From NCBI GenBank assembly GCA_963803975.1, contig CAWDOY010000014.1, positions 128,001-192,000 of the forward strand: DNA of 64,000 nucleotides. Reading direction: 5' to 3'. How positions within the stretch are numbered: position 1 is the first letter of the stretch; each line of letters opens with the position of its first letter. Source of the DNA: an uncultured delta proteobacterium. Lineage in GTDB: Bacteria; Desulfobacterota; WTBG01; CAIYCZ01. The notes beneath the pieces are model-generated. The model saw only the letters and a list, made by a program, of their open reading frames with translations. It was not told the DNA's origin and ran no database searches. The translations under genes were made by a program, and so were the position numbers. Below are positions 45,427-55,670 of this stretch, in pieces.

Positions 45427-46221
45427 ATGAATAACACCATGCACTATCAAACATGCGGTACGGGAAAGCCCATCGTGCTCATCCATGGCTGGACCATGGA
45501 TTCCCTGGTCTGGTCAGCTTTCATTGAGGAGTTTTCTGCTGACTATAAAATTATTGCCGTTGATCTCCGAGGACATGGCAAGTCCGGCTCGATGCCCGGC
45601 CCCTATACCCTCGGGTCCTTTGCCCGGGACCTGGCAGACCTCATGGGAAGCCTGGCGCTACAGGATGTTACCCTGGTGGGATGGTCCATGGGCGTGTCGG
45701 CCGTGCTTAAAATGTTTGAACATGCACTGCCCGGTGTTGGCTCGCTGGTTTTTATCAGCGGCACGCCGTCGCTTGTTGCCCGGGAAGATTACCCGCATGG
45801 CTTGCCGCGGGGAGAAGCGAGCGGCCTGCTGCGAAACATCAAAAGAGAGTATCAGTCCGGCCTGGCAGGTTTTTATAAACGTATGTTTCAGGGCGATGAC
45901 GTAACGCATCCGCACCGGGGAAAAATATATGCGCTCGCTGCTGATACTGCCCGGGCTCCGCGGCAGGAAGTTGCCTGTGAAACGCTTCAGTCCATGCAGC
46001 AGGAAGATCTGCGGGCGCACCTGAAAAATATCCGCGTCCCCGTCCTGCTCATTCATGGAAGCCTCGATCGCATCTGCCTGCCCGCAGCATCGCGCTACAT
46101 GGCTGAGCAGATACCCGGCTCCTCTCTGCATATAATAGAAGCAACCGGGCACGTTCCATTCCTCTGCGCGCCGGAAAAAGTTCACCGGGAAGTGAAAAAA
46201 TTTATTCAGTTATGGCAATGA
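45427..46221 (+). CDS. bioH: Pimeloyl-ACP methyl ester carboxylesterase
   Basis: HGW, GWSMG, GHVPF alpha/beta-hydrolase motifs; lies between bioF and bioC. Confidence 0.8.
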   Translation: MNNTMHYQTCGTGKPIVLIHGWTMDSLVWSAFIEEFSADYKIIAVDLRGHGKSGSMPGPYTLGSFARDLADLMGSLALQDVTLVGWSMGVSAVLKMFEHALPGVGSLVFISGTPSLVAREDYPHGLPRGEASGLLRNIKREYQSGLAGFYKRMFQGDDVTHPHRGKIYALAADTARAPRQEVACETLQSMQQEDLRAHLKNIRVPVLLIHGSLDRICLPAASRYMAEQIPGSSLHIIEATGHVPFLCAPEKVHREVKKFIQLWQ

Positions 46222-47067
46222 GCGCTATTGATAAAACATTCGTAAAAAAATCCTTTAACCGCCACGCGGCCACCTATGATGCCTATGCCGTGCTGCAGGG
46301 ACGGCTGGGAGACCGCCTGCTGCACTTTCTTAATGGCTCGCTGCCGGCTGCTCCCTGCATTCTTGATATCGGCATGGGGACCGGTACCACGACCATGAGC
46401 TTGCTGCAGAGGTTCCCCGCTGCCCGCATTCACGGCTGTGACCTTGCGCTCAATATGATTGCCCGGGCGCGGGCGCAAGAAGCCCTGCAGAACCGGAAAC
46501 AGTATTTCATTGCTGCGGACACGGAGTTTCTTCCCTACCGGGAGTCTTGCTTTGACCTGGTAATTTCAAGTTTTACCCTGCAGTGGCTTGAACAGTGGGA
46601 CCGGGCAGCGCACGAGATATTCCGGGTTCTGAAGCCCGGCGGCATCTTCCTCTGTGCAGCCTTTGGCGAACAGACATTTAAGGAGCTGAAAGCCTCCTTT
46701 GTCCGTGCCTGCGGGGAGACCGGGTATAACCACGGTGAAGCGCTCCGTCTGTATGGCAGCCAGGAGCACTGTTCCGCCGTGCTGCGTGCAGCCGGATTTA
46801 TAAAATCCTTCGCCACAGCTAACCTGCTGACGCAGCACTATCAGTCGGTCGCGGATTTAATCCGTTCCATAAAGGGCATGGGCGCGCAGAACGCATCCCT
46901 GAGAAGAAACCGGGGGCTGGGGATGCGCCGCATCTGGGACACGAATGATCGCGCTGTATGAAGCTGACTTCAGGCAGCAGGACGGGATTGCTGCCACCTA
47001 TCAGGTTATTATGGGCGGTGGTCAAAAGCCGTCCCCGGCATTGCACAACGAAAGACTGCACGTGTAA
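46218..47067 (+). CDS. bioC: Malonyl-ACP O-methyltransferase, apparent frameshift near 46937
   Basis: SFNRHAATYD, LDIGMGTG, TLQW; C-terminal IAATYQVI lies in the shifted frame. Confidence 0.85.
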
Positions 47068-47225
47068 TTAAAATAAGTGTACTCATAAATTATTTGCAAT
47101 AGCTGCCTTCCCTGGTATATACTGCAGCTGGATTTAACCGTGCCGTGCGCATACGGGTACGGGCTGCTGATACCGAGCGCAGCAGCTGGGCGCGGGAAAA
47201 TCGTGAGAGTAAGGGATGTAGCGTC

Positions 47226-49109
47226 ATGGCAGAAAAACTGGAAGAGATAAAGAAACGGTACCCTGAAAAGTTTGCTTCAGAGCGTGGCATATTTTCGCAC
47301 ATACATCCCGGTGACCGGATATTTATCGGCACTGCCTGCGGCGAGCCGCAGTATCTGGTGCGCGCCCTCATTGACTATGTGAACGCCAATCCCAAGGCTT
47401 TTTTTGACGCTGAAGTAATGCATGTCTGGACCCTTGGTCTTGCCCCCTATGCCGACGAGAAATTCAAGCGCAACTTCCGGCACAATTCTTTTTTTATCAC
47501 TGACAACACCCGCAATGCCGTCAATACCGGGCTTGCAGATTACAGCTCGATATTTTTTTCCCAGATTCCATCTCTGTTCCACCGCGGCATGGTAAAGGTG
47601 GATGTAGCCCTGATTCAGACCTCGCTTCCTGATGAGCACGGCTACGTCAGCCTTGGCATCAGTGTTGATATCGTTAAGGCAGCGACTGAAAACGCCAAGC
47701 TGGTTATCGCTCAGGTCAATCCCTATATGCCGCGCATTCACGGCGATACCTTTATTCATGTGGCAGATATTGATTATATTGTTTCCTGTGATGAACCGCT
47801 GCTTGAGTTTGGGACCACTGTACCGGACGACATTGCAGACCGCATCGGAAATTATATTGCGCGCATCGTGCTGGATGGTGACACCATCCAGGTAGGCTAT
47901 GGCAGCATTCCCAATGCCATTCTCACCCACCTGCATACGAAACAGCACCTCGGCGTCCATTCAGAACTGCTTACTCCCGGAGTCGTGGCCCTCATGCAGG
48001 GCGGCGTCATTGATAATTCCCGGAAAAGCCTTGACCGCGGGAAAACAGTGGCCGCCTTCTGCATGGGCAATAAAGCAACCTATGACTTCCTCGACGATAA
48101 CCCCAGCATCGCCTTCAGGGCTATTGATTATACGAACAATCCCCTGATCATAGCCAGTCAGAAAAACATGACCGCCATCAATGCCGCACTGCAGATTGAC
48201 CTTACCGGCCAGGCGACCGCAGAATCCATCGGCAAGCGTTTTTACAGCGGGGTTGGCGGACAGGCAGACTTCATGCGCGGCACAGTGCTGGCGCCCGGCG
48301 GAAAAACCATTCTTGCCGTCCGTTCAACCTCAAATGATGGTCAATTCTCACGGATCGTGCCCTGCCTTGATGAGGGTGCCGGCGTCACCCTGGTGCGGGG
48401 AGACATGCACTATGTGGTGACCGAATACGGAATCGTGTATCTGCATGGGAAAAATGTCCGCGAGCGGGCGATGGACCTGATCTCAATCGCTCATCCCAAA
48501 TTCCAGCCCTGGCTCATTGAAGAAGCTAAAAAGCTTGGCTACATATATAGAGACCAGGCATTCATTCCCGGCAAGAAGGGCGAGTACCCGGTAAACCTGG
48601 AAACCCATCGGGCAACAAAAACCGAACTTGAGATACTGCTGCGGCCGGTAAGAATCAGTGACGAACCGCTGCTCAAGGACTTTTTCTATGCCCTGTCAGA
48701 CCAGACCACCTACCGCCGGTTTATCTCTGCGCGCCGTGATATGCCGCATGAGCGGCTGCAGGAGTTTGCCGTTATTGACTATACCAGGGAGATGGTGATC
48801 CTGGCGCTCATAGCGGGCGAGGGAAAGGAAGAAATTCTCGGCATAGCACAATACGGCATCGATGATGTGACCCACACCGGCGAAGTCGGCGTGGTGGTGC
48901 GGGACGACTTTCAGGGGCGGGGTGTCGGCACCGAGCTGTTGTCTTATCTAACCTATTTGGCAAAGAGACAGGGTCTGCTGGGATTTACCGCAGAGGTGCT
49001 CGTTGAAAACAGGCCCATGATGAGCCTGTTTGAAAAAATGGGCTTTGATCTTGAAAAGCGCAGAAGCGAATATGTGTATGAACTGAAGATGGCTTTTCGG
49101 GCGACTTGA
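47226..49109 (+). CDS. Acetyl-CoA hydrolase/transferase fused to a C-terminal GNAT domain
   Basis: GTACGEPQ, LGVHSE, SGVGGQADF, VVTEYG; GNAT VRDDFQGRGVGT. Confidence 0.9.
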   Translation: MAEKLEEIKKRYPEKFASERGIFSHIHPGDRIFIGTACGEPQYLVRALIDYVNANPKAFFDAEVMHVWTLGLAPYADEKFKRNFRHNSFFITDNTRNAVNTGLADYSSIFFSQIPSLFHRGMVKVDVALIQTSLPDEHGYVSLGISVDIVKAATENAKLVIAQVNPYMPRIHGDTFIHVADIDYIVSCDEPLLEFGTTVPDDIADRIGNYIARIVLDGDTIQVGYGSIPNAILTHLHTKQHLGVHSELLTPGVVALMQGGVIDNSRKSLDRGKTVAAFCMGNKATYDFLDDNPSIAFRAIDYTNNPLIIASQKNMTAINAALQIDLTGQATAESIGKRFYSGVGGQADFMRGTVLAPGGKTILAVRSTSNDGQFSRIVPCLDEGAGVTLVRGDMHYVVTEYGIVYLHGKNVRERAMDLISIAHPKFQPWLIEEAKKLGYIYRDQAFIPGKKGEYPVNLETHRATKTELEILLRPVRISDEPLLKDFFYALSDQTTYRRFISARRDMPHERLQEFAVIDYTREMVILALIAGEGKEEILGIAQYGIDDVTHTGEVGVVVRDDFQGRGVGTELLSYLTYLAKRQGLLGFTAEVLVENRPMMSLFEKMGFDLEKRRSEYVYELKMAFRAT

Positions 49110-49153
49110 GCATACGCATTGCTGAGGTTACGCACTGTATGGAGCCTGACCGA

Positions 49154-49208
49154 CAGGCTGTTGAGGAGTAGTCTCGTAACACCATGCCGGTCAAACACCT
49201 TCAGCAGC
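49154..49208. repeat. Degenerate, internally deleted copy of the MITE-like element at 52060
   Basis: caggcTGTTGAggAGTAGT..CCAtGCcGGTCAAAcAC..TTCAgCAGC aligns by eye with both ends of 52060-52206. Confidence 0.45.
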
Positions 49209-49252
49209 TTCCTCAGCCAGTTCTCGGTAACAAATAATCGAAGCGAGGATGT

Positions 49253-50534
49253 ATGGACTGCATAGGAACAAGAAATCTACGCCAGGTTTTAGAATACAAA
49301 GCCAAACAGTTTGGCAGCAGGGAATGTCTTGTGTTCGAGGACGCAGACGGTTATGTGGTCTCATACACCTACCGGGCGTTTGATGACATGGTCAACCGGT
49401 ATGCCAATGTCCTGCTGCGCAACGGCATTAAAAAGGGCGACAAGGTTACCATCCATCTGGCCAATTCTCCTGAATATCTCTTTTCCTTCTTTGCCCTTGC
49501 TAAAATCGGCGCCATCATCATCCCCACCAATATTCTCTCCGGGGCGCCGGAAATGGAATATTTTCTTGATTTCACTGACTGCGTGGGCATTGTTACCGAA
49601 CCGCGCTATATGGACCTGATCGGCGGCATCCGGGGCACGTGCAAAAAGCTGCAGAAGATTTTTTTGGTCAGGACTTCCCCCTGGTATCCTAATACCAGAT
49701 TATATCCTGATACCACCATCATTGCTGACGAGCTGAAAGACACGCCGGCCATCCTTCCTGAAGTATCCATAGATGTCGAAGATGATTTGATGATGCTGTT
49801 TAACCACGATCCGTCACGTCCCAAGGCAATACAGATGACCCATGCCAATGCCGTATTTGCCGGGATATTCGGCGCCCAGGCATGGAAAATTGTTACTCAG
49901 GACCGCCACCTGCTTACCCTGCCCCTGTTCCACATCAATGCCCTGTTCATTTCCGTTATGCCGGCCCTGACCGCCGGTGCCGCTATCATCCTTGCCGAAC
50001 AGTTCAATGCCAGCCGGTATATGGAGCAGGTGCGCAGCCATCGGGCAACAACGGCCAGCCTGGTTGGCGCCATGGTGAGAATGATACTTAAAGAGCCGCC
50101 AGACAGAGCGTGATGCTGATAACAGCCTGCGTTTTATCATCTATGCCATTGCGGTCACGGATGAGGAATGGGACGCATTTGAATCCCGCTTTCAGGTTCG
50201 TCTGTGCGATTTGTGGGGCATGACCGAAACCCTGGGAGCAACCACCATAAATCCCCTTGACGGCATCCTGAAGAAAAACTGCATCGGCCTTCCCCGCCTC
50301 AGCAACGCGGTCAAAGTGGTTGACGAAAACAGTGTTGAAGTCCCCGCAGGAACAACCGGAGAGCTCGTGGTGCAGGGTGTGCCCGGCAGGACCATCATGA
50401 AGGGATATTATAAAAATGCCGACGCAACCCGGGAGACGGTCCGGGACGGATGGCTGCACACCGGTGACTATGCATACATGGATGCAGACGGTTATTTTCA
50501 TTTTGGGGGCAGGAAAAAAGAGCCTGCTGCATGA
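49253..50534 (+). CDS. CaiC-like AMP-binding protein, degenerate (no P-loop, no C-terminal domain); apparent frameshift near 50100
   Basis: LPLFHINA, WGMTET, GWLHTGD retained; LFNHDPSRPK at the TSGTT position; stops just after GRKK. Confidence 0.75.
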
Positions 50535-50732
50535 GTGCGGCGGTTAACCGCAGCGGGGGAAACAGGTTGTCAGGGAGACGGGTAATCCCTGATAAAGCGG
50601 CCGGCAACGGGAGATGCGCTCGGTTCAGTACAGAGAACATCTCTGCGGATATGCGGTTTTGGAAATAAGCACTTGAACGCGTGCACGGTTAAATCAATTA
50701 ATGGCATCTCAACTTAACATTGGAGGTTGATT

Positions 50733-52007
50733 ATGGAACAACTAAAGCCCGGACCCTTAAATGGTGTCACAATTCTGGACTTCACCTGGGTGCTGGCAGG
50801 CCCTTTTGCCACGCGGATTCTGGGAGACATGGGAGCATACATTATCAAGGTGGAGCGCTATAAAGACGGAACCAATGAGCGCCATCTGCCGCTGCGGATT
50901 ACCCACAACGGCGTGACCCAGAGCTCTTACAATCTTAACTGCAACCGCGGTAAAAAAAGCATCTGCATAAACCTGAAAAGCCCCCAAGGCATGAAGCTGA
51001 TCCATGAACTCATCAAAAAAAGCGATGTGCTCATTGAAAACTTTGCCCCCGGTGTTATGGACCGGCTGAAGCTTGACTATGAGTCGGTGAAAAAGATCAA
51101 TGAGAAAATAATCTATTGCTCGGTTTCCTGCTTCGGCCACTGGGGCCCCTACAGCCATAAACCGGGCTATGACATGATTGCCCAGGGCGCAAGCGGCTGG
51201 ACCGATCAGAGCATCAGCCCGCAGATAGCGCCGGTCTCCATCGGAGACATGACCGCCTCGGTTAATGCGGCAGTGGCAATCTGCGCGGCGCTCTATTCCC
51301 GGCAGCAGACCGGCGTTGGTCAAAATATAGATATTTCAATGATGGACTGCCTGTTTGCCTTCCATGAAAATACCCTTCCCTGGTATCTGATCAGCTCCGC
51401 AATCGGAAAGCCTGTTGACCCGCCCAAGATCGGCCGCCATCATCCGGGCTATGCGCCGTACGGCATTTACAAGGGCAAAGACGGCTACATCACCATCGCC
51501 TCGCTCACGCAGCCGCGCTGGGAGGGTATTGTCAAAACCATGGGCCGGGATTATGAGTGGCTGCTGAAAGACCCGCGGGCAGCTACGGTTTCCACGCGCT
51601 GCTGCGAGGAAAACGCCCCCTTTATTCACAAGGTGGTGGAAGAGTGGGTGATGGCACAGGATTCGGTTGCAGAGGCCGAGCGCAAGCTTGAGGAAAACGA
51701 ATGCCCGTGCCTGCGCGTGCGCTCTGTTAAAGAGCTCGCTGATTCTGACCCGCAGATAAAGGCGCGGGAAATGATGGTCGAGGTGGAGCAGCCGTTTATC
51801 GGCAAGGTGAGAATGTACGGCAGCCCGCTTAAGATGTCTGAAACACCAACCGGCATACGAGGGCCCGCGCCGCTGCTCGGCCAGCACACCGAGGAGATTC
51901 TTGCCGATGTTTTAGGATATAAGAAAGAGCAGGTAAAAGAGCTGTATGACCAGGAAGTAGTATATAACGAGCCGGCGGTCGACAGGCTCAAGGCAGGTGA
52001 AAAATAA
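50733..52007 (+). CDS. CaiB/BaiF class III CoA-transferase
   Basis: LDFTWVLAGP, NRGKKS, ENFAPG, PGYD, APLLGQHT. Confidence 0.92.
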   Translation: MEQLKPGPLNGVTILDFTWVLAGPFATRILGDMGAYIIKVERYKDGTNERHLPLRITHNGVTQSSYNLNCNRGKKSICINLKSPQGMKLIHELIKKSDVLIENFAPGVMDRLKLDYESVKKINEKIIYCSVSCFGHWGPYSHKPGYDMIAQGASGWTDQSISPQIAPVSIGDMTASVNAAVAICAALYSRQQTGVGQNIDISMMDCLFAFHENTLPWYLISSAIGKPVDPPKIGRHHPGYAPYGIYKGKDGYITIASLTQPRWEGIVKTMGRDYEWLLKDPRAATVSTRCCEENAPFIHKVVEEWVMAQDSVAEAERKLEENECPCLRVRSVKELADSDPQIKAREMMVEVEQPFIGKVRMYGSPLKMSETPTGIRGPAPLLGQHTEEILADVLGYKKEQVKELYDQEVVYNEPAVDRLKAGEK

Positions 52008-52015
52008 CGGGGTAC

Positions 52016-52252
52016 TGGCGGCGTAACGTACTGCAGCATACTTGAAGACGGGTATTTAGCAGTTTGTTGAAAAGTAGTTTTTCCAGGCTGGTCAAAAACA
52101 TCCAGATGCAAGGCGCGCGAAATCAAGAGGAATGAGGCGTACTTTACAGTACGTCGCAATGACGAAGGATGAGCGCAACGAAGCAGATGGGTGTTTTTCA
52201 ACAGCCGATGGCGGCGTGACGCACTGCAGTATACATGAAGACGGGTAGTTAG
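52016..52252. mobile_element. MITE-like element (52060-52206) flanked by 44-bp imperfect direct repeats
   Basis: Terminal inverted TGTTGAAAA / TTTTCAACA; direct repeats 52016-52059 and 52209-52252 are 39/44 identical. Confidence 0.7.
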
Positions 52253-52422
52253 AGGGTATGGGAACAGAGAGGAGGCAGGTGAAGCTGAACAGAACCGACA
52301 CTGACGTAGGGAACGGGAATGACTATGGATTACAACATTGCGGAGGCGGAGGCGGAGGGGAGAAACGGTGCAGGCAGGACAGGGATAAAGGAGTGTGTCA
52401 TGAAGATGGTTCGAGGTGCAGT

Positions 52423-54558
52423 ATGAGAGCTAACGTACCGGACATAAAATATTTATTTGAGCCGCGTTCAGTCGCGGTCATCGGAGCGTCACAGGATACC
52501 ACCAAATTAGGCTTTCACGTCACCGATAACATTGTCTCCGGGGGGTATGCGGGCAGGGTTTACCCGATTAACCCCCGGGGCGGAGAAATATGCGGCCGGC
52601 GCGCTTTTAAAAGTATCGAGGATGTGGACGATGAAATTGATTTAGTATCAATCGTGGTGCCGGCAAAATTTGTCTATGAAGCAGTGCAAAGCTGCGCCCG
52701 GAAAAAGGCGAAGTTTGTTTCCATCATAACTTCAGGCTTTGCGGAAGTTGGAAATGTAGAAGAAGAACAGAAAATAGTGGCATGCGCCCGGGAAAACGGC
52801 ATGCGCATTCAGGGGCCCAACATATTCGGCATCTATTCCTGCGCGAGCTCACTCAATGCCACATTTTCCTCCGGCTCTCCGGAGCCCGGCAGCGTTGCCA
52901 TCATCACCCAGAGCGGGGCTCTGGGGCTGGGCATGATCGGCAAGACCGCCATTGAGCATCTGGGCCTGTCCTGTATTGTCTCGGTCGGCAACAAATCTGA
53001 CCTGGACGAGGCAGACCTGCTCGAATACCTGATCCCGCAGGAGCAGACCAGGCTTATTTTCATGTACATTGAAGGAGTGCAGGACGGAGAAAAGCTCATC
53101 AAGGTGCTCTCTGCAGCGACCAGGAAAAAGCCGGTCATCGTGCTGAAATCCGGCCGCTCCGAGCGGGGCGCCATTGCCGCAGCCTCCCATACCGGCTCTC
53201 TTGCAGGCGCTGACGATGTGTTCGACGCCATCATGCGGCAGTGCGGCGTGCTGCGGGCGGAATGCGTGAAGGAAGGGTTTGACTGGTGCAAATTTATTGC
53301 AAACACCCCCGCGCCCGCCGGAGAAAATACGGTCATCATAACCAACGGCGGCGGCATCGGGGTTATGGCTACCGACGCCGCGGAAAAATACAGCGTCAGC
53401 CTGTATGATGACGCTGCAGTATTGAAGGAAGCCTTTACTGCGGTAACCCCTGATTTCGGCTCCACCAAGAATCCCGTGGATATTACCGGGCAGGCCGGCC
53501 CCAAAGAATACAACCTGTCCCTTGATACAGCACTCCGGCATCCGGACATGCACGCGGTCATGTCGCTCTACTGCGAGACCGCGGTCTTTGATGCTGACAG
53601 CCTCTATTCGATGATAACTAAAAACACCCGAAATTACCGGGAAGGCGGTAAACCCCTGGTTTTTGCCGTGTTCGGCGGCCGCAAGTCTGAAGACTGCATT
53701 GCCCGGTGCCGGGAGCAGAGCATCCCGGTATTCAGCGATGTGTATGAGGCGGTGTCGTGCCTGGGGGCTCTCTATCGCTATAATAAGTACCGCAACAATA
53801 CCTCTGATGGTGCGGCCAGCGCTAAGCTGGACATCAAGGCGATCGAGGAGATTGCCCGGCGGGCGATACTGCAGAACCGGTTTTTCCTGCTGGCCAATGA
53901 AGCACAGGCTATTATGAAGATCGCCGGCGTGGAGGTCCCCAAGAGCTCGGTTGCCCGGAACCTTGATGAAGCAGTGCGCTGCTCAGAGGATATCGGATAC
54001 CCCGTGGTTATGAAAGTTGTTTCCAAGGACATCATTCATAAGAGTGATGCCGGCGGGGTTGCCCTCGATCTGGAAAACCGCAATGAGGTCATTGACGCCT
54101 ATCAGGCCATCATGCACGACTGCAAAGCCTATAACCCCGCTGCCGTTATAGAAGGGGTTGAACTTGCAGAGATGGTAAAGCCCGGAACTGAACTCATTAT
54201 CGGCGCCCGCAGGGATGCAACCTTCGGCCCTATCGTGATGGCGGGCCTGGGCGGCATTTATGTCGAGGTCATGAAAGACGTGACCTTCCGGTCTTTTCCC
54301 CTTGACCGCAAAGAGGTGATGAACATGATCAAGGAGATCAGGTCATACCCGCTGCTGCTGGGAGTGCGCGGTGAGGAGAAGAAGGATATCGACGGGGTGG
54401 CTGATATAATCATTAAGCTCGGCTCCCTCATTGAGGATTGCCCGCTCATCTCTGACATTGAGGTAAATCCGCTGCGTGTCTACGAGAGCCGGGGAGTGAA
54501 AGCTGTTGATGTGAGAATTTTACTTTCTAAAGTTGAGAGGAGTACTAAACATGAATAA
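52423..54558 (+). CDS. ADP-forming acetate--CoA ligase family (fused alpha/beta)
   Basis: FEPRSVAVIGAS, GPN, QSGA, SHTGSLAG, NPVDI, HKSDAGGV. Confidence 0.92.
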   Translation: MRANVPDIKYLFEPRSVAVIGASQDTTKLGFHVTDNIVSGGYAGRVYPINPRGGEICGRRAFKSIEDVDDEIDLVSIVVPAKFVYEAVQSCARKKAKFVSIITSGFAEVGNVEEEQKIVACARENGMRIQGPNIFGIYSCASSLNATFSSGSPEPGSVAIITQSGALGLGMIGKTAIEHLGLSCIVSVGNKSDLDEADLLEYLIPQEQTRLIFMYIEGVQDGEKLIKVLSAATRKKPVIVLKSGRSERGAIAAASHTGSLAGADDVFDAIMRQCGVLRAECVKEGFDWCKFIANTPAPAGENTVIITNGGGIGVMATDAAEKYSVSLYDDAAVLKEAFTAVTPDFGSTKNPVDITGQAGPKEYNLSLDTALRHPDMHAVMSLYCETAVFDADSLYSMITKNTRNYREGGKPLVFAVFGGRKSEDCIARCREQSIPVFSDVYEAVSCLGALYRYNKYRNNTSDGAASAKLDIKAIEEIARRAILQNRFFLLANEAQAIMKIAGVEVPKSSVARNLDEAVRCSEDIGYPVVMKVVSKDIIHKSDAGGVALDLENRNEVIDAYQAIMHDCKAYNPAAVIEGVELAEMVKPGTELIIGARRDATFGPIVMAGLGGIYVEVMKDVTFRSFPLDRKEVMNMIKEIRSYPLLLGVRGEEKKDIDGVADIIIKLGSLIEDCPLISDIEVNPLRVYESRGVKAVDVRILLSKVERSTKHE

Positions 54559-55585
54559 GGTTATCATTGCTTCATTAAGGAAAAACGCCGGTAAAACCAC
54601 CGTCATGGTTGGTTTAACAAAAGCGCTGAACAAAAAAATCGGCTATCTTAAACCGTTTGGCGACAGGCTGATTTACAATAAAAAACGGTTGTGGGATTAT
54701 GACTCGGCCTTGATTACAAACATTTTTGCGCTCAGCGAAAACCCGGAAGATATGAGTATCGGCTTCGACCACTCAAAGCTGCGCTACATGTATGATGAGA
54801 AGATCACGCAGGAGAAGGTCACCGAGCTTGCCGCCAATATGGGGCAGGGTAAGGACATCCTGTTTGTTGAAGGCGGCAGGGACCTGGCCTACGGCATTTC
54901 CGTATATCTTGATGCGCTGTCTTTGGCACGCTATGTCGGCGGGAACCTGGTGGTCGTTATCAGCGGGGATGAGAATACCATCTTTGATGACATTACCTAC
55001 ATAAAGAAACATGTTGATGTGACCGGCATTAACTTTAAAGGCGTGATTATTAACAAAGTGCAGAACATGGATGACTTCAAAGAGACCTATCTTCCCCAGA
55101 TCGAAAAAATCGGCGTTCCGGTGCTCGGGGTCATTCCCTATCAGAAAGACCTGACCTATTTTTCGGTCAATTACCTGAGCGAGCGCCTGTTTGCCAAAGT
55201 CATCACCGGAGAAGACCACCTCAAGCGCACGGTTAACAACATCTTTATCGGTGCCATGTCCGTTAATGCCGCGCTGCAGCAGCCGCTGCTGAAAAAAGAA
55301 GGCATCCTCATGATTACCGGCGGCGACCGGACGGATATGATTCTGGTGGCTATCGACTACCAGGCTGCGGGCATTATCCTCACCAATAACGTGGTGCCGC
55401 CGTCACATATTGTTTCAAAAGCAACCGAGCGCAAAGTGCCCATGCTCCTGGTGCCCTACGACACCTACGAGACAGCCAAGCGGATTGACAGCATAGATCC
55501 GCTTCTGACCAAAGACGAAAAGCACAAGATCGAGCTGCTGGGAAAATTAATTCAAACGAATGTGGACATACAGAAAATAGTCTGA
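54551..55585 (+). CDS. AAA_26/DRTGG-domain protein (phosphotransacetylase N-terminal-like)
   Basis: AGKTT P-loop, YLKPFG, ITGGDR. Confidence 0.85.
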   Translation: MNKVIIASLRKNAGKTTVMVGLTKALNKKIGYLKPFGDRLIYNKKRLWDYDSALITNIFALSENPEDMSIGFDHSKLRYMYDEKITQEKVTELAANMGQGKDILFVEGGRDLAYGISVYLDALSLARYVGGNLVVVISGDENTIFDDITYIKKHVDVTGINFKGVIINKVQNMDDFKETYLPQIEKIGVPVLGVIPYQKDLTYFSVNYLSERLFAKVITGEDHLKRTVNNIFIGAMSVNAALQQPLLKKEGILMITGGDRTDMILVAIDYQAAGIILTNNVVPPSHIVSKATERKVPMLLVPYDTYETAKRIDSIDPLLTKDEKHKIELLGKLIQTNVDIQKIV

Positions 55586-55605
55586 GAGATAAAAAAGCAT
55601 TTCCC

Positions 55606-55643
55606 ATCCCCTCCTCTTGACGGGAGGGGATTAGGGGAGGGTG
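55606..55643. repeat. REP-like palindromic element
   Basis: ATCCCCTCC-tcttgacg-GGAGGGGAT followed by TAGGGGAGGGTG. Confidence 0.6.
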
Positions 55644-55670
55644 AGATATTAACTCCAAAAACCCCATGTA

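Noticed and set aside
50111..50113. TGA as a selenocysteine or readthrough codon in the caiC-like gene
   Set aside because: Homology continues in a different frame, so this is a frameshift rather than readthrough
52016..52252. Mini CRISPR array
   Set aside because: Only two repeats, a ~149-nt structured spacer and no cas genes
52258..52426. N-terminal extension of the acetate--CoA ligase, or an 8-codon upstream ORF (MKMVRGAV*)
   Set aside because: The extension is low-complexity and non-homologous; the short ORF has an RBS but no other support
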